A DNA stretch of 64,000 bases from an uncultured Candidatus Binatia bacterium (lineage in GTDB: Bacteria > Desulfobacterota > Binatia > UBA9968 > JAJDTQ01), in assembly GCA_964291295.2 (NCBI GenBank), contig OZ219754.1, positions 1 to 64,000 on the forward strand, read 5' to 3'. Numbering within the stretch: position 1 is the stretch's first letter; each line of letters opens with the position of its first letter. Made by a program: the position numbers and the translations under genes. Under the pieces are notes generated by a model. That model did no database searches. It was not told the DNA's origin and saw only the letters and a list, made by a program, of their open reading frames with translations. Below, piece by piece: positions 48,772 through 60,692 of this stretch.

Positions 48772-49749
48772 CTACGCCTCTTCCTTTTCTGCACGGAGCG
48801 CGCCGCTCCCGCTCCGGCGCCGTTCCACCAGCGACCACAGGCCGTTGGGCAGGAACATGATGATGGCGAGCAGCGTTCCTCCCATGATCAACTGCCAGAT
48901 GCCCGGGAACAGGTCGAAGGCATAGGTGCGGATGAGTTCGTACATCAGCGCGCCGATGAAGGGGGCGCTGACGTTCCCGGTACCGCTCAGGATGGCGATG
49001 AAGACGAAGTCCCCGGACACGGGCCAGTACACCATGGAGTCCGGGTCCACGTGACCGATGGTGAGGGCGGCGACGGTGCCGCCGAATCCGCCAAGGAGTC
49101 CGGAAATGACGTATTTCGCATGGATCGCCCGCTCCGCCGCATAGCCCAGATAGCCCAGCCGGATCTCGTTCTCGCGCACCGCGGTGGTCATGTTGCCCAG
49201 GGTGGAGCGCAGGTACAGGTGTACGAGGACCGCGACGCCCCAGGTCAGGAGCGCCGCGAAAACGAACAGCGCGGCCTTGTTGTCCGCGCCCACGGGAGCA
49301 TACCCGAGATACGTCGTCGCCTCCAGGCTGATGCCGTCCGTGGACCCCAGCTCCTCAAGCTTGGCCAGGACGCCGTAGAGGATCATGGAGAAAGCCATGT
49401 TGAGCAGCGCGAAGAAGATGCCCCGGTACTGCCGCAGCAGGAACCCCAGTCCGAAAGCGCACAGACCGGCGGTCAGCGTGCCGCACGCGATGGTCAGAAA
49501 GGCGTCGGTGATGCCCAGGTACCGACTCATGAGGCCCACGGTGTAGGCGCCGAACCCGAAGTAGAGGGCGTGGCCGAAGGAGATCAGCCCGCAGCGCCAG
49601 AGCACCAGCAAACCCAACGCCACCGCCCCCCGGGCCATGGAGAGCGTCAGGATCAACCGGAACCACTCCGGCACCACGAAATTGGCGAACAGCAGCGCGG
49701 CGAGGCCCAGGGTCAGGCCCAGGAGCGTCTTGTCCTGGCGCCAGTTCAT
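48772..49749 (-). CDS. livM: Branched-chain amino acid ABC permease (LivM-like)
   Basis: GLISFGHA.YFG.GAY, GIFFALL, AVRENE.R, G..SAPFIGA, FLPNGL. Confidence 0.87.
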   Translation of the reverse strand: MNWRQDKTLLGLTLGLAALLFANFVVPEWFRLILTLSMARGAVALGLLVLWRCGLISFGHALYFGFGAYTVGLMSRYLGITDAFLTIACGTLTAGLCAFGLGFLLRQYRGIFFALLNMAFSMILYGVLAKLEELGSTDGISLEATTYLGYAPVGADNKAALFVFAALLTWGVAVLVHLYLRSTLGNMTTAVRENEIRLGYLGYAAERAIHAKYVISGLLGGFGGTVAALTIGHVDPDSMVYWPVSGDFVFIAILSGTGNVSAPFIGALMYELIRTYAFDLFPGIWQLIMGGTLLAIIMFLPNGLWSLVERRRSGSGALRAEKEEA

Positions 49750-50648
49750 ATGCGTCTCTCCCTGGCCGGCGCGAACAGCCCCTGGGGGCGGACGATCAGC
49801 ACCACCGCCATGATCATGTAGATGACGAACAACTCCAGGGCCGGCTCCTGGTGGACCGCGAACGCCCGCGCCACGCCCACGATGGCCGAGCCGATGAGGG
49901 CGCCGGGAATGCTGCCCATGCCGCCGATGACCACCACGGCGAAGGCCAGCACGATCACCTCCACTCCGATACCGGGCTGGACCGAGATTGCCGGCGCCTG
50001 GTAGGCGCCGCCAAGGGCGCCCAGGAAGGAACCCAGCATGAAGGTGAGCAGAAAGACCCGGTTGACGTTGATTCCCATGGCCTGCGCCAACTCGCGGTCA
50101 TGGATCACCGCCAGCAACAGCTTGCCGAAGGTGGTGCGGTTGAGCCCATACCAGAGCGCCGCGGCGATCACCGCCGCCAGCAGCACCATGGACAGGCTGT
50201 AGTTGTCGAAGGGAAGCCCGGCGATCTCCGTCTGGCCCAGCAGGCCCAGGGGCTCCGGGGCGAGATAGGGATCCGTGCCCCAGATCAGCAGCAGCACGTC
50301 CTCAAGCACCAGGAACGCCGCAAAGGTCGCCAGCACGATGATGTGCTCGTCCTCGTGGTAGAGATGACGGAGCAGGCCGCGCTCGATGACGAGGCCGAAG
50401 ACGACACCGAGGAACAGCGCCGCCAGCAGCATCACCGCGAAGGCGCCGAACTGGGGCCAGTCCAACTGGAAATACAGGATCAGCAGCGTGGCCGTGAGAT
50501 AGGCGCCGAAGGCGTAAAGCGCCCCGTGGGTCACGTTGAGGAGCTTCTGGACCCCGCAGATGACGGTCAGGCCCACGGCCACCGTGAACAGGTACGAACC
50601 GTAAACGAGACCGTCGACCAGGATGATGAGTAGCAGCTCGGGATCCAA
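49746..50648 (-). CDS. livH: Branched-chain amino acid ABC permease (LivH-like)
   Basis: AVGLT...G....LN..HG, A.AMGIN, AFAVVVIGGMGS..GA, RPQGLF. Confidence 0.88.
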   Translation of the reverse strand: MDPELLLIILVDGLVYGSYLFTVAVGLTVICGVQKLLNVTHGALYAFGAYLTATLLILYFQLDWPQFGAFAVMLLAALFLGVVFGLVIERGLLRHLYHEDEHIIVLATFAAFLVLEDVLLLIWGTDPYLAPEPLGLLGQTEIAGLPFDNYSLSMVLLAAVIAAALWYGLNRTTFGKLLLAVIHDRELAQAMGINVNRVFLLTFMLGSFLGALGGAYQAPAISVQPGIGVEVIVLAFAVVVIGGMGSIPGALIGSAIVGVARAFAVHQEPALELFVIYMIMAVVLIVRPQGLFAPARERRI

Positions 50649-50686
50649 CGGCTCCCCCGTGCACGGGAATGGATGAGGAAGTGGAT

Positions 50687-50725
50687 AAAAACGGACCCGG
50701 GCCGCCGCACTTCGGCGCCCGGGTC
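50687..50725 (-). terminator. Intrinsic terminator or stabilising hairpin downstream of the substrate-binding gene
   Basis: Minus strand GACCCGGG-CGCCG-aagtg-CGGCG-g-CCCGGGTC followed by cgTTTTT. Confidence 0.6.
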
Positions 50726-50751
50726 ACGAAGAGACTAGACCGGGGCGCCGC

Positions 50752-52077
50752 TCAGTCGCACTTGGCGCCCTTCATGCCGCCCTTGACCCAGTCCGCCGCG
50801 TGGACCCCTTCCGGCGGGTTCACGCACTCGGCCTTGAACTCGGCCACGTCCCGGACCACCACTTCGCCCTTGGCCTCATCCCACTCGGCATAGCCCCAGC
50901 GGTCCGAGGTCACCGCCTGGTGGCCTTTGCCGAGAGACATCTTGACCTTGGCGGCGACGATGTCGAAAGTGGCGTGCTCCAGCGCCTTGATTACCTGGTC
51001 CGTGGACGGGAACTTGCCGCCATTGGCCTTCATGGCCTTGTCATGGGCGTACTTGGCCGCCAGGATGCCATCGGCGTAGTGATAGGCCGGCGACGAAGGC
51101 GGCTCCTTGTACGCCTTGCGGTATTCGCTCCGGAACCATTTGTTCATGGGAGTATCGACACCCGCCGCGTACATCCCGTAGGGACCGCGCGCGAGCTGTC
51201 CCCGCGGAAACTTGCTGCGGAGCCGGTGGGCCGTTATCTCGCCCACCGTCAGGGCGAACGACTTGCGATTGAACAGTCCCCGGGCGGTGCCCTGGGCGAT
51301 CAGGGCCTCCAGGTCGCCCCCCCAGAGGCTCGAATGCACCAGCTGCTGTTTGGCCCTGAGCAGCACCGAGATCTCGGTGCCGTACTGGCCGGAGAACAGT
51401 TTGGGAAACTGCTGCTTGCTGGCCGGCTTGATGTCCGGTGCCAGGGTCTGCATGGCCAGGCTGAAATCGCGCCAGGCATCCTGACCCCAGGCGTAGTTCT
51501 GGTTGATGCCGATGTAGCCGTCCCGGGCCTCGTTCCGGCGTTTCTTGACGATGTAGTGCGCGGCACCGACATTGCCGGCCGTGCTGTGGTTGATGATGCG
51601 GAAGACATACTTCGGTTCCGTCACCAGCTCCTCGAAGATGCGCGGCGTGCCGCATATCGCCATCAGGGTCAGCACCCGAAGCTCTTCGGCCACCCGGGCG
51701 ACCGCGGCGCAACTGCCGGAAGAGATGTAGCCGACCACGACGTCCACGCCCTCTTTCTGCACCTTGTTGCGCAACTCCGTGACCTGCTTGGTGCCGCCGC
51801 CGGTTTCATCGTACAACAACAACTCCACCTTGCGGCCGGCAAGCCCGACACTGTCGTAGGGCGCCGGCAGCGTACCTTCGTTGATGGCGCGGACCACCAG
51901 TTCCGCGCCGTTCCTGGACGCGAAACCGTAGGTCGGCGCGCCGCCTCCGGTAAGGAACGTCGGAACCGCCAGCTTGACGGTCTGTGCCGAAACCGCGCCC
52001 GCCGCCAGCAACACCGCCGCCAGCGCCAAGCTCAACGCATGCCAACGAATGGCTCTTGCACGAGGAATTGCACTCAT
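50752..52077 (-). CDS. ABC transporter substrate-binding protein (LivK/PBP1-like)
   Basis: Signal peptide, G..LAV..IN, GRKVEL...DE, VVGYISSG, NYAWGQD. Confidence 0.88.
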   Translation of the reverse strand: MSAIPRARAIRWHALSLALAAVLLAAGAVSAQTVKLAVPTFLTGGGAPTYGFASRNGAELVVRAINEGTLPAPYDSVGLAGRKVELLLYDETGGGTKQVTELRNKVQKEGVDVVVGYISSGSCAAVARVAEELRVLTLMAICGTPRIFEELVTEPKYVFRIINHSTAGNVGAAHYIVKKRRNEARDGYIGINQNYAWGQDAWRDFSLAMQTLAPDIKPASKQQFPKLFSGQYGTEISVLLRAKQQLVHSSLWGGDLEALIAQGTARGLFNRKSFALTVGEITAHRLRSKFPRGQLARGPYGMYAAGVDTPMNKWFRSEYRKAYKEPPSSPAYHYADGILAAKYAHDKAMKANGGKFPSTDQVIKALEHATFDIVAAKVKMSLGKGHQAVTSDRWGYAEWDEAKGEVVVRDVAEFKAECVNPPEGVHAADWVKGGMKGAKCD

Positions 52078-52130
52078 GTCAGCCTCCCGTTACTTGTACC
52101 CACCTTGTGCCTGTATATCTGCAATATGCA

Positions 52131-52224
52131 ACTGTATGACAACAACTGAATGACAACCTGTATGACACCTGCACCCGTATCACGCCTGTACGACACATGT
52201 CACATGTATCACACCTGTATCATG
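52131..52224. repeat. Degenerate 11-bp direct-repeat array (approx. CCTGTATSACA x7) in a divergent promoter region
   Basis: actgtatgaca 52131, actgaatgaca 52145, cctgtatgaca 52157, cccgtatcacg 52174, cctgtacgaca 52185, catgtatcaca 52203, cctgtatcatg 52214. Confidence 0.65.
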
Positions 52225-52352
52225 CCCGCCCCGTACCCGCGGCCTGCGCCCGCGGCCGGTGCGGCCTTGAACTGGAACACGGAACACCGGGAACCCGTCG
52301 AAGCCGATCATCTCACAATCCCCTGGAAATGGCCAGACCGGAGAAATCGAAC

Positions 52353-52973
52353 ATGGCACAAGGCATGAGTCAACGAGGCAAGGTCGATCTGGAAGGACTT
52401 CACGGCACCGAGGTCCAGGCGGTGAAAGGCATCCAGCCGCCGGCGGACATGCCGTTCCGCATCGGCGGCATGGGACATGCGGTGCTGGTGGTCCGGGACA
52501 TCGACGTGTCGGTCCGGTTCTACACGCAGGTGCTCGGCTTCAAGGTGTCCGACGTCTATCCCGAAAGCATGGTTCCTGGCCGAATGGTCTTCCTGCGTTT
52601 CAACCGGGACCACCACGGGCTCGGCCTCGTCGGTCAGGCCAGGCAGGCTTCGGCAGGCCGCGAACTGCACCACCTGGCGTTCGAGGTCCCCGCCCTTGAC
52701 GACGTGTTCCGCGCCAGGGACCACCTCGAAAAGAACGGCGTCCCGATCGACTTCCATGGCCGGCGTCGAGCCGGTTGTCAGGTATCGGTGGAGTTCCGGG
52801 ATCCCGACGGCCACAGCCTGGAGCTCTTCTGGGGGCTCGACAAGGTGGACTGGAACGACACAGCGCGCCCGCCCGAAGAATGGGTGCCGAGCCCCTCGCT
52901 TGAAGAGGCCCTTGACAACGCCCCGCCGGGACAGGACACCACCCTCGCCGACCCCGGCCTGCGTCGCGCATAG
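52353..52973 (+). CDS. VOC/glyoxalase family protein (extradiol dioxygenase C-terminal-like)
   Basis: GHAVL.V.D...S..FY..VLGF..SD, FLR...DHH.L, LHHLAFEV, F.DPDG..LEL. Confidence 0.85.
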   Translation: MAQGMSQRGKVDLEGLHGTEVQAVKGIQPPADMPFRIGGMGHAVLVVRDIDVSVRFYTQVLGFKVSDVYPESMVPGRMVFLRFNRDHHGLGLVGQARQASAGRELHHLAFEVPALDDVFRARDHLEKNGVPIDFHGRRRAGCQVSVEFRDPDGHSLELFWGLDKVDWNDTARPPEEWVPSPSLEEALDNAPPGQDTTLADPGLRRA

Positions 52974-53023
52974 CTGCATGGTGGTTCGTCCGGGTTCGTC
53001 CCGCGCACGGGCGGGACGAATGG

Positions 53024-54724
<1,701 letters not shown>

Positions 54725-54732
<8 letters not shown>

Positions 54733-55525
54733 GCCTGTTTGTGGCATCTGGGAGAGCGAGCGGCAAGCTGCCGCCGGCGCCTTTCCCGGTCCGCGGCTGC
54801 GGTGATTCGCAGGACTCCCGCACCGGCCTGAAGCTGCGGCGGTGAATGGGACAGGGGCCGTAGAGGTCCAGGGCCGCGGCATGACGGCGGGTTTGATAGC
54901 CCTTGTGGCTGCCGAACCCGTACTCCGGATAGAGGGCGTCGAACTCCACCATCATGCGGTCCCGCGCCACCTTGGCGATGATGGATGCCGCGGCGATGGA
55001 AAAGCACCGGCGGTCGCCGCCCTTCAGGGTCTGCTGTGCCGGTGGCGCGGCCCAGGGACCGCCGCCTTGCCGCAGACTGGCAACCGGAATGCCGTGAGGT
55101 CCGTCGACCATGACGAAGTCCGGCATGGCCTTCAGACCTCGGAGCGCACGGGCCATGGCCAGGAGGCTGGCACGCAGGATGTTGAGCCGGTCGATCTCCC
55201 CCGGGTCCGCCGCACCCACCGCCCAGGAAGCCGCCCGCTCCCTGATCCAGTCGGCCAGGCGCTCACGCCGGCGGGCGCTCAGGACCTTCGAGTCCTTGAT
55301 GTCGGGGTTGAAGATACCGGGCTCGAACACCACTGCCGCGGCCACCACCGGCCCCGCCAGCGGTCCCCGGCCGGCCTCGTCCACTCCGGCGATGCGCCGG
55401 AATCCGCGGGCGCGGGCGTCCGCTTCATGGGCGGTGCCGTCGGGGCCGCCGGAGTCGGCGCCGCCGGGGCCGGGGCCGCGCAGGCCGTCCGGCGGTGGAG
55501 CGGGAGGGGTTCGTTTGCCGGCCAT
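54725..55525 (-). CDS. rnhB: Ribonuclease HII
   Basis: AGVDEAGRGPLAGPVVAAAV, DSK.L, EID.LNI, IAAASIIAKV.RD, HKGY, IHRRSF. Confidence 0.96.
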
Positions 55526-55550
55526 TCGGGACGCATGATATGAAACCGGC

Positions 55551-55856
55551 GTGAAAATCTCCAGCAAAGAGAAGATCACCAGCGAAGAGGTCCGGCACGT
55601 GGCCGCCCTCGCCCGTCTCGACCTCGCTCCGGACGAGCGGGAGCGGCTTGCCGTCCAGTTGGGCCGCATCCTCGAATACATGGACAAGCTCAACGAACTC
55701 GACACCAAGGGCGTCGAGCCGCTGTCCCACGCCGTGGACGTGGTCAACGTCTTTCGACCGGACCGCGTTGTCAACGAGCCGCGAACCGAAGCCCTGCTGC
55801 GCAACGCTCCCGCCCGGGACCACACCTTTCTCAGCGTCCCGAAGATCATTGAATGA
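55551..55856 (+). CDS. gatC: Asp/Glu-tRNA amidotransferase subunit C
   Basis: I..EEV.HVA.LARL, IL.Y..KL.ELDT.GVEP, NAP......VPKIIE. Confidence 0.95.
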   Translation: MKISSKEKITSEEVRHVAALARLDLAPDERERLAVQLGRILEYMDKLNELDTKGVEPLSHAVDVVNVFRPDRVVNEPRTEALLRNAPARDHTFLSVPKIIE

Positions 55857-55925
55857 GACGGGCCGCTCTCCCGTCGTTCGTCCCGGGCGCGCCGGAGCGC
55901 GAGCGGAACGAAGCCGAAGGATGCC

Positions 55926-57413
55926 ATGACCGTTGATCGGGGCTTGCCCGGCATTCACGAACTGCACCACCGGCTGCGGCGCCGTGAGTTGAGCGCCGTC
56001 GAGCTTGCCGAGGCGCTGTTCGACCACATCGAGGCCACGGACGGCGCCATCGGCGCCTACCTCGCGGTGTGCCGGGACAGGGGCATGGAAGACGCGCGCC
56101 GGGCGGACGCCCGATTTGCCGCCGGCGAGGTGGCCTCGAAGCTCCTGGGCATCCCGGTGGCGCTCAAGGACGTGCTCCTCACCGAAGGCGTGCCCACCAC
56201 CTGCGCGTCGAAGATCCTGCAAGGGTTCACGCCGCCCTGCGACGGCACCGCCGTGCGCCGCCTCGGGGAGGCGGGGACGGTGCTGCTGGGCAAGACCAAC
56301 ATGGACGAGTTCGCCATGGGCTCCTCCACCGAGAACTCCGGCTTCTCCATCACCCGAAACCCCTGGAACCTCGACCATGTCCCGGGCGGCTCGTCCGGCG
56401 GCTCGGCGGCCGCGGTGGCGGCAGGCCAGTGCATCGCCGCACTGGGCACCGACACCGGCGGGTCGATTCGTCAACCGGCGTCGTTCTGCGGCGTGGTGGG
56501 ACTCAAGCCCACCTACGGACGGGTGAGCCGGTTCGGCGTGGTGGCCTATGCCTCTTCGCTGGACCAGGTGGGCCCCATCACCCGGAACGTGACCGACTGT
56601 GCGCTGGTGCTGCAGGCCATTGCGGCCCACGATCCGGCGGATTCCACCTCGGTGGACATACCGGCGCCCGACTACGCCGCGGCGCTGACGGGCGACATCA
56701 AGGGACTCCGTATCGGCGTTCCCCGGGAGTACTTTGCGGCGGGGCTCCAGCCCGAGGTGGAGCAGGCGGTGCGGCGGGGCATCGGCGAACTGGAAAAGGC
56801 CGGCGCCGTGGTGATCGAAGTGTCGCTGCCGCGCAACGACTACGCCGTGCCCGCCTACTACGTCATCGCCGCGGCCGAGGCCAGTTCGAACCTCGCCCGC
56901 TACGACGGCATGCGCTACGGACGCCGGGTGCAGGCCGAAGACCTGACCTCCACCTACATGAAGAGCCGCGCCCAGGGTTTCGGGCACGAGGTGAAACGGC
57001 GGATCATGCTCGGCACCTACGTGCTCTCCGCCGGCTACTACGACGCCTACTACCTCAAGGCGCAAAAGGTGAGAACGCTGCTCAAGCGGGACATCGAAGC
57101 GGCGATGACGAAGTGCGACGCCATCGTCGCGCCCACCTGCCCCACCACCGCATTCAAGCTCGACGAGATGACCCACGACCCGCTGCGGATGTACCTCTCG
57201 GACATCCTCACCATTTCGGTGAACCTTGCCGGCCTGCCCGCGCTGTCCGTGCCCTGCGGCTTCGACAGCGCCGGACTCCCCATCGGCATGCAGATCATCG
57301 GCAGGCCTTTCGACGAGGCCACGCTGCTGCGGCTGGGCCATGCCTACGAGCAGGCCACCGAGTGGCACACCCGCAGACCCGTGCTCCCGTTCCGCGAGCG
57401 GGCGCTGCCGTGA
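55926..57413 (+). CDS. gatA: Asp/Glu-tRNA amidotransferase subunit A
   Basis: [72 protein letters not shown]. Confidence 0.97.
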   Translation: MTVDRGLPGIHELHHRLRRRELSAVELAEALFDHIEATDGAIGAYLAVCRDRGMEDARRADARFAAGEVASKLLGIPVALKDVLLTEGVPTTCASKILQGFTPPCDGTAVRRLGEAGTVLLGKTNMDEFAMGSSTENSGFSITRNPWNLDHVPGGSSGGSAAAVAAGQCIAALGTDTGGSIRQPASFCGVVGLKPTYGRVSRFGVVAYASSLDQVGPITRNVTDCALVLQAIAAHDPADSTSVDIPAPDYAAALTGDIKGLRIGVPREYFAAGLQPEVEQAVRRGIGELEKAGAVVIEVSLPRNDYAVPAYYVIAAAEASSNLARYDGMRYGRRVQAEDLTSTYMKSRAQGFGHEVKRRIMLGTYVLSAGYYDAYYLKAQKVRTLLKRDIEAAMTKCDAIVAPTCPTTAFKLDEMTHDPLRMYLSDILTISVNLAGLPALSVPCGFDSAGLPIGMQIIGRPFDEATLLRLGHAYEQATEWHTRRPVLPFRERALP

Positions 57414-57741
57414 ATACCGTGAAACCCGTGGTGGAGCAGGCGTTGCGGGGTCGCTTCGACTCCCGCGGACAGTCCATGGCGCGGACGCGATGACATGGGT
57501 GATGACATCGTGAAACGTTCCGAACCAACGAGGTTGAGCCTGGGTGGGTGGAGGGGCTGAAAATCTCGCGGTTCGTTCTTCGCCCGCAGCGTGCGCACTC
57601 GCTTCGATTCGGCGCCGGCCCTGTGCGGAAATCAGGGTCAATCCAGGAACCAGACTTGCCGTGACGCGGGAACGCCAGCGGGGCCGCCATGGGCTTCATG
57701 AGTCGCGGCAAGCGCAAGGACTGTCGGACGCCAAGGAGAAT

Positions 57742-58283
57742 TGCCTGTTCGCCACGGCCAACAAGACCGGCCTCTACGCCGACCGGGCCATCTACGGCCA
57801 GGGCCTTCTGGACCTGAACGCCGCCACGAATCCCTGGGGCGTGGTCGGCATCATGGGACCCGGCCGGACAATGGCGCAGCAGGGCGAACGGGCCAGCGTC
57901 GCGGGCTCCGCCCTGCGCCTGAGTCGAACCCTGGGGGACAGCTTCATGCGCGTGCTCGGGCCGCGCGCGTGACGGCCGCACACGCCATCTCTCCCGCGGG
58001 CGCGGCCGTGCGGTTCGCCGTGGCGCAGCCGGTCCGCGTCACCGATGGAGCGGCCGCCCTCGATCTGCCGACAGGCCGCACCGCCGGTAGACGGATGGCG
58101 GGAGAAACCATCGGCGTCGGACTCGCGCCAACAGGCCGGCAACTGGACCTGATCGCGCGCATCGACTGGCCCCTGGGCGGCGGCGCGCTTGCCCTTGAGC
58201 CCGTCCGGAGCCAAGAGCCCGGCCATCGAGCCGGCGCACCGTCGGGGCGAACGCTCCTGGCGGGATGGAGAAAGAGATTCTGA
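57742..58283 (+). pseudogene. Internally deleted relic of an S8-protease gene C-terminus (paralogue of about 31503-32593)
   Basis: LFATANKTGLYADRAIYGQGLLDL, LGDSF.R.LGPR, then a jump to VRFAVAQPVRVTDG...LPTGRT...PTGRQLDL...W.K.F. Confidence 0.8.
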
Positions 58284-58514
58284 TGCGGGCACCGCAGGGC
58301 CGGAGGGGCCTTCTCCGTTCGGCATCAACGCGCCCGGACCGGAGCGCGGGGAGGGGCCGGCCGCGCGGCGTCCCTGCGGCGAGCGGTCAATGCGCCGCCC
58401 CGCGGAATGGCAATGGCTTCATGCGATACATGGCGTCATCCGCGACCCGTGGGTGAGAACAGCCAAGCTGCCACACACCTTGAGCGGACAACGCCGGGAG
58501 AGAGAGGACCCTCC

Positions 58515-60692
58515 ATGAACGTTCAGACGCACGAAGAGCTTAAAGCCAGGATATGGGAAATCGCCAACCGGCTCAGGGGGCCGTACCGGCCTCCCCAGTA
58601 TCGCCTGGTCATGCTTCCCATGGTCGTCCTGCGCCGGCTCGATTGTGTCCTGGAACCGACCAGGGATGCCGTCCTCAAGAAGCACGATGAGCTTTTGGGG
58701 CAACAGATGCCCGAAAAGGCAATCCACCATCTGCTCGGCAAGGCCGCCGGACCGATGCGGAAACACCCCCTATACAACACAAGTCCCTACAGTTTTTCCC
58801 GGCTGCTCGGCGATGCCGAGAACATCGCTCCGAATCTCATAGCGTACATCAACGACTTTTCCCCCACCGCGCGGCAGATCTTCGAACGTTTCAAGTTCGC
58901 CGACCAGATCGAGGAACTCGACAAACACAACCGCCTCTTCGCCATCGTCAAGGCAATGGCCGATGTGGATCTTCACCCCGACCGGATCGACAATCTCCAG
59001 ATGGGCTATCTGTTCGAGCATCTGGTGATGCGATTCAACGAACAGGCCAACGAGGAGGCCGGGGATCACTTTACGCCGCGGGAGGTCATCCGCCTGATGG
59101 CGAACCTCATCTATACCGGCGAACAGGATGTCTACAGGCCCGGCATTTACCGCACGATCTACGATCCGGCGTGCGGAACCGGCGGCATGCTCTCCGAATC
59201 CGTGAAGCTGATCCTCGCACAGAACGAGCGGGCGAAGCTCGCACTCTACGGCCAGGAATACAACGACGAGTCCTGGGCGATCTGCTGCGCCGACATGCTC
59301 ATCAAGGACGAGGACACGGCCAACATCGTCCTCGGAGACACCCTCGGCGACGGCAAGACAGGGGACGGCTATGAGGACAAGCACTTCCACTACCTCATGG
59401 CCAACCCGCCTTTCGGCGTCGAATGGAAAGACCAGAAAAACGCGGTCGAACGCGAGCACAAGACCATGGGTTTTTCGGGGCGGTTTGGCGCGGGGCTTCC
59501 GGCCATCAGTGACGGCTCGTTCCTTTTTCTTCAGCACATGATTGCCAAGATGCATCCCTATCAGGAAGGCGGCGAGGACCAGCCGGGATCGAAGATCGCC
59601 ATCGTCTTCAACGGTTCGCCGCTCTTCTCGGGCGACGCCGGATCGGGGCCGTCCAACATTCGCCGCTGGATCATCGAGAACGACTGGCTCGACGCCATCG
59701 TGGCACTGCCCGACCAGCTGTTCTACAACACCGGCATCTTCACCTATGTCTGGCTGGTGACGAACCGCAAGCCGGACGAGCGGCGCGGCAAGGTGCAACT
59801 CATTGACGGGACTCGCTTCTTTGAGAAGATGAAGAAGAGCCTCCACAACAAGCGCAACGAGATCACCGAAGACCAGATCCGCCACCTCACCCGCGTGTAC
59901 GGCAAATGTCAGGACGGGGAGACGGCCCAGGTATCCATTGACGGCGCGACCGAGACCCGCGTCATATCCCGCATCTTCGAGAACCGCGAGTTCGGGTTCC
60001 TCAAGGTGACGGTCGAGCGCCCCTTGCGAATGAACTTCGAAGCGACGCCGGAGCGCATCGCGAAGTTGCACGGGCAGACGGCCTTTGCGAATCTGGCGAA
60101 GTCGAAGAAGCGGCGGGATGCGGCCGCGGTCGAGCGCGAGACTGCGGAGGGGCGGAAGCAACAGCAGACCATCCGCGCCGCGCTTGCGACGCTTGAAGGG
60201 AACGGGCGTTACATGGACCGGGGGGCTTTTGAGGCCGATGTGATGGGCGCTGCCAGACAGGCTGGTCTCAAGATTTCGGCCCCGATCAGAAACGCGATTT
60301 TTGCAGCCCTCGGCGAGCGCGACCCGGACGCCGAAGTATGCCGCGACGGCAAGGGCCGGCCGGAGGCCGACGGCGAGCTCCGGGACACCGAGAACATTCC
60401 CTTGCCGCCCGGAACGGAATTGCCGCTGCCGATGGACTTCGGGCCGGACAAGCCCAATGACCGGCTTGTTGAAGCCTTTCGGGATGAAATCGACGCCTAC
60501 ATGGTGCGCGAGGTCCTGCCGCATGTGCCGGGTGCCTGGGTAGATTACGACAAAACGAAGGTCGGCTACGAGATTCCGATCAACCGGCATTTCCACGTCT
60601 ATAAGCCGCCGCGGCTGCTCGACGAGATTGAGGCGGATATTGCCGAGATCGAAGGGGAGATCGCCGGGTTGTTGAAGGGGTTGGCGGTGTGA
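58515..60692 (+). CDS. hsdM: Type I R-M methyltransferase subunit
   Basis: IW.IA..LRG, GDHFTPREV, YDPACGTGGML, YGQE, ANPPFG, LFYNTGI.TY, KVGYEIP..R.F. Confidence 0.95.
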   Translation: MNVQTHEELKARIWEIANRLRGPYRPPQYRLVMLPMVVLRRLDCVLEPTRDAVLKKHDELLGQQMPEKAIHHLLGKAAGPMRKHPLYNTSPYSFSRLLGDAENIAPNLIAYINDFSPTARQIFERFKFADQIEELDKHNRLFAIVKAMADVDLHPDRIDNLQMGYLFEHLVMRFNEQANEEAGDHFTPREVIRLMANLIYTGEQDVYRPGIYRTIYDPACGTGGMLSESVKLILAQNERAKLALYGQEYNDESWAICCADMLIKDEDTANIVLGDTLGDGKTGDGYEDKHFHYLMANPPFGVEWKDQKNAVEREHKTMGFSGRFGAGLPAISDGSFLFLQHMIAKMHPYQEGGEDQPGSKIAIVFNGSPLFSGDAGSGPSNIRRWIIENDWLDAIVALPDQLFYNTGIFTYVWLVTNRKPDERRGKVQLIDGTRFFEKMKKSLHNKRNEITEDQIRHLTRVYGKCQDGETAQVSIDGATETRVISRIFENREFGFLKVTVERPLRMNFEATPERIAKLHGQTAFANLAKSKKRRDAAAVERETAEGRKQQQTIRAALATLEGNGRYMDRGAFEADVMGAARQAGLKISAPIRNAIFAALGERDPDAEVCRDGKGRPEADGELRDTENIPLPPGTELPLPMDFGPDKPNDRLVEAFRDEIDAYMVREVLPHVPGAWVDYDKTKVGYEIPINRHFHVYKPPRLLDEIEADIAEIEGEIAGLLKGLAV

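Noticed and set aside
57742-58283. S8 relic as the template repeat of a diversity-generating retroelement
   Set aside because: Mismatches to 31503-32593 are not adenine-specific and there is no reverse transcriptase in the window.
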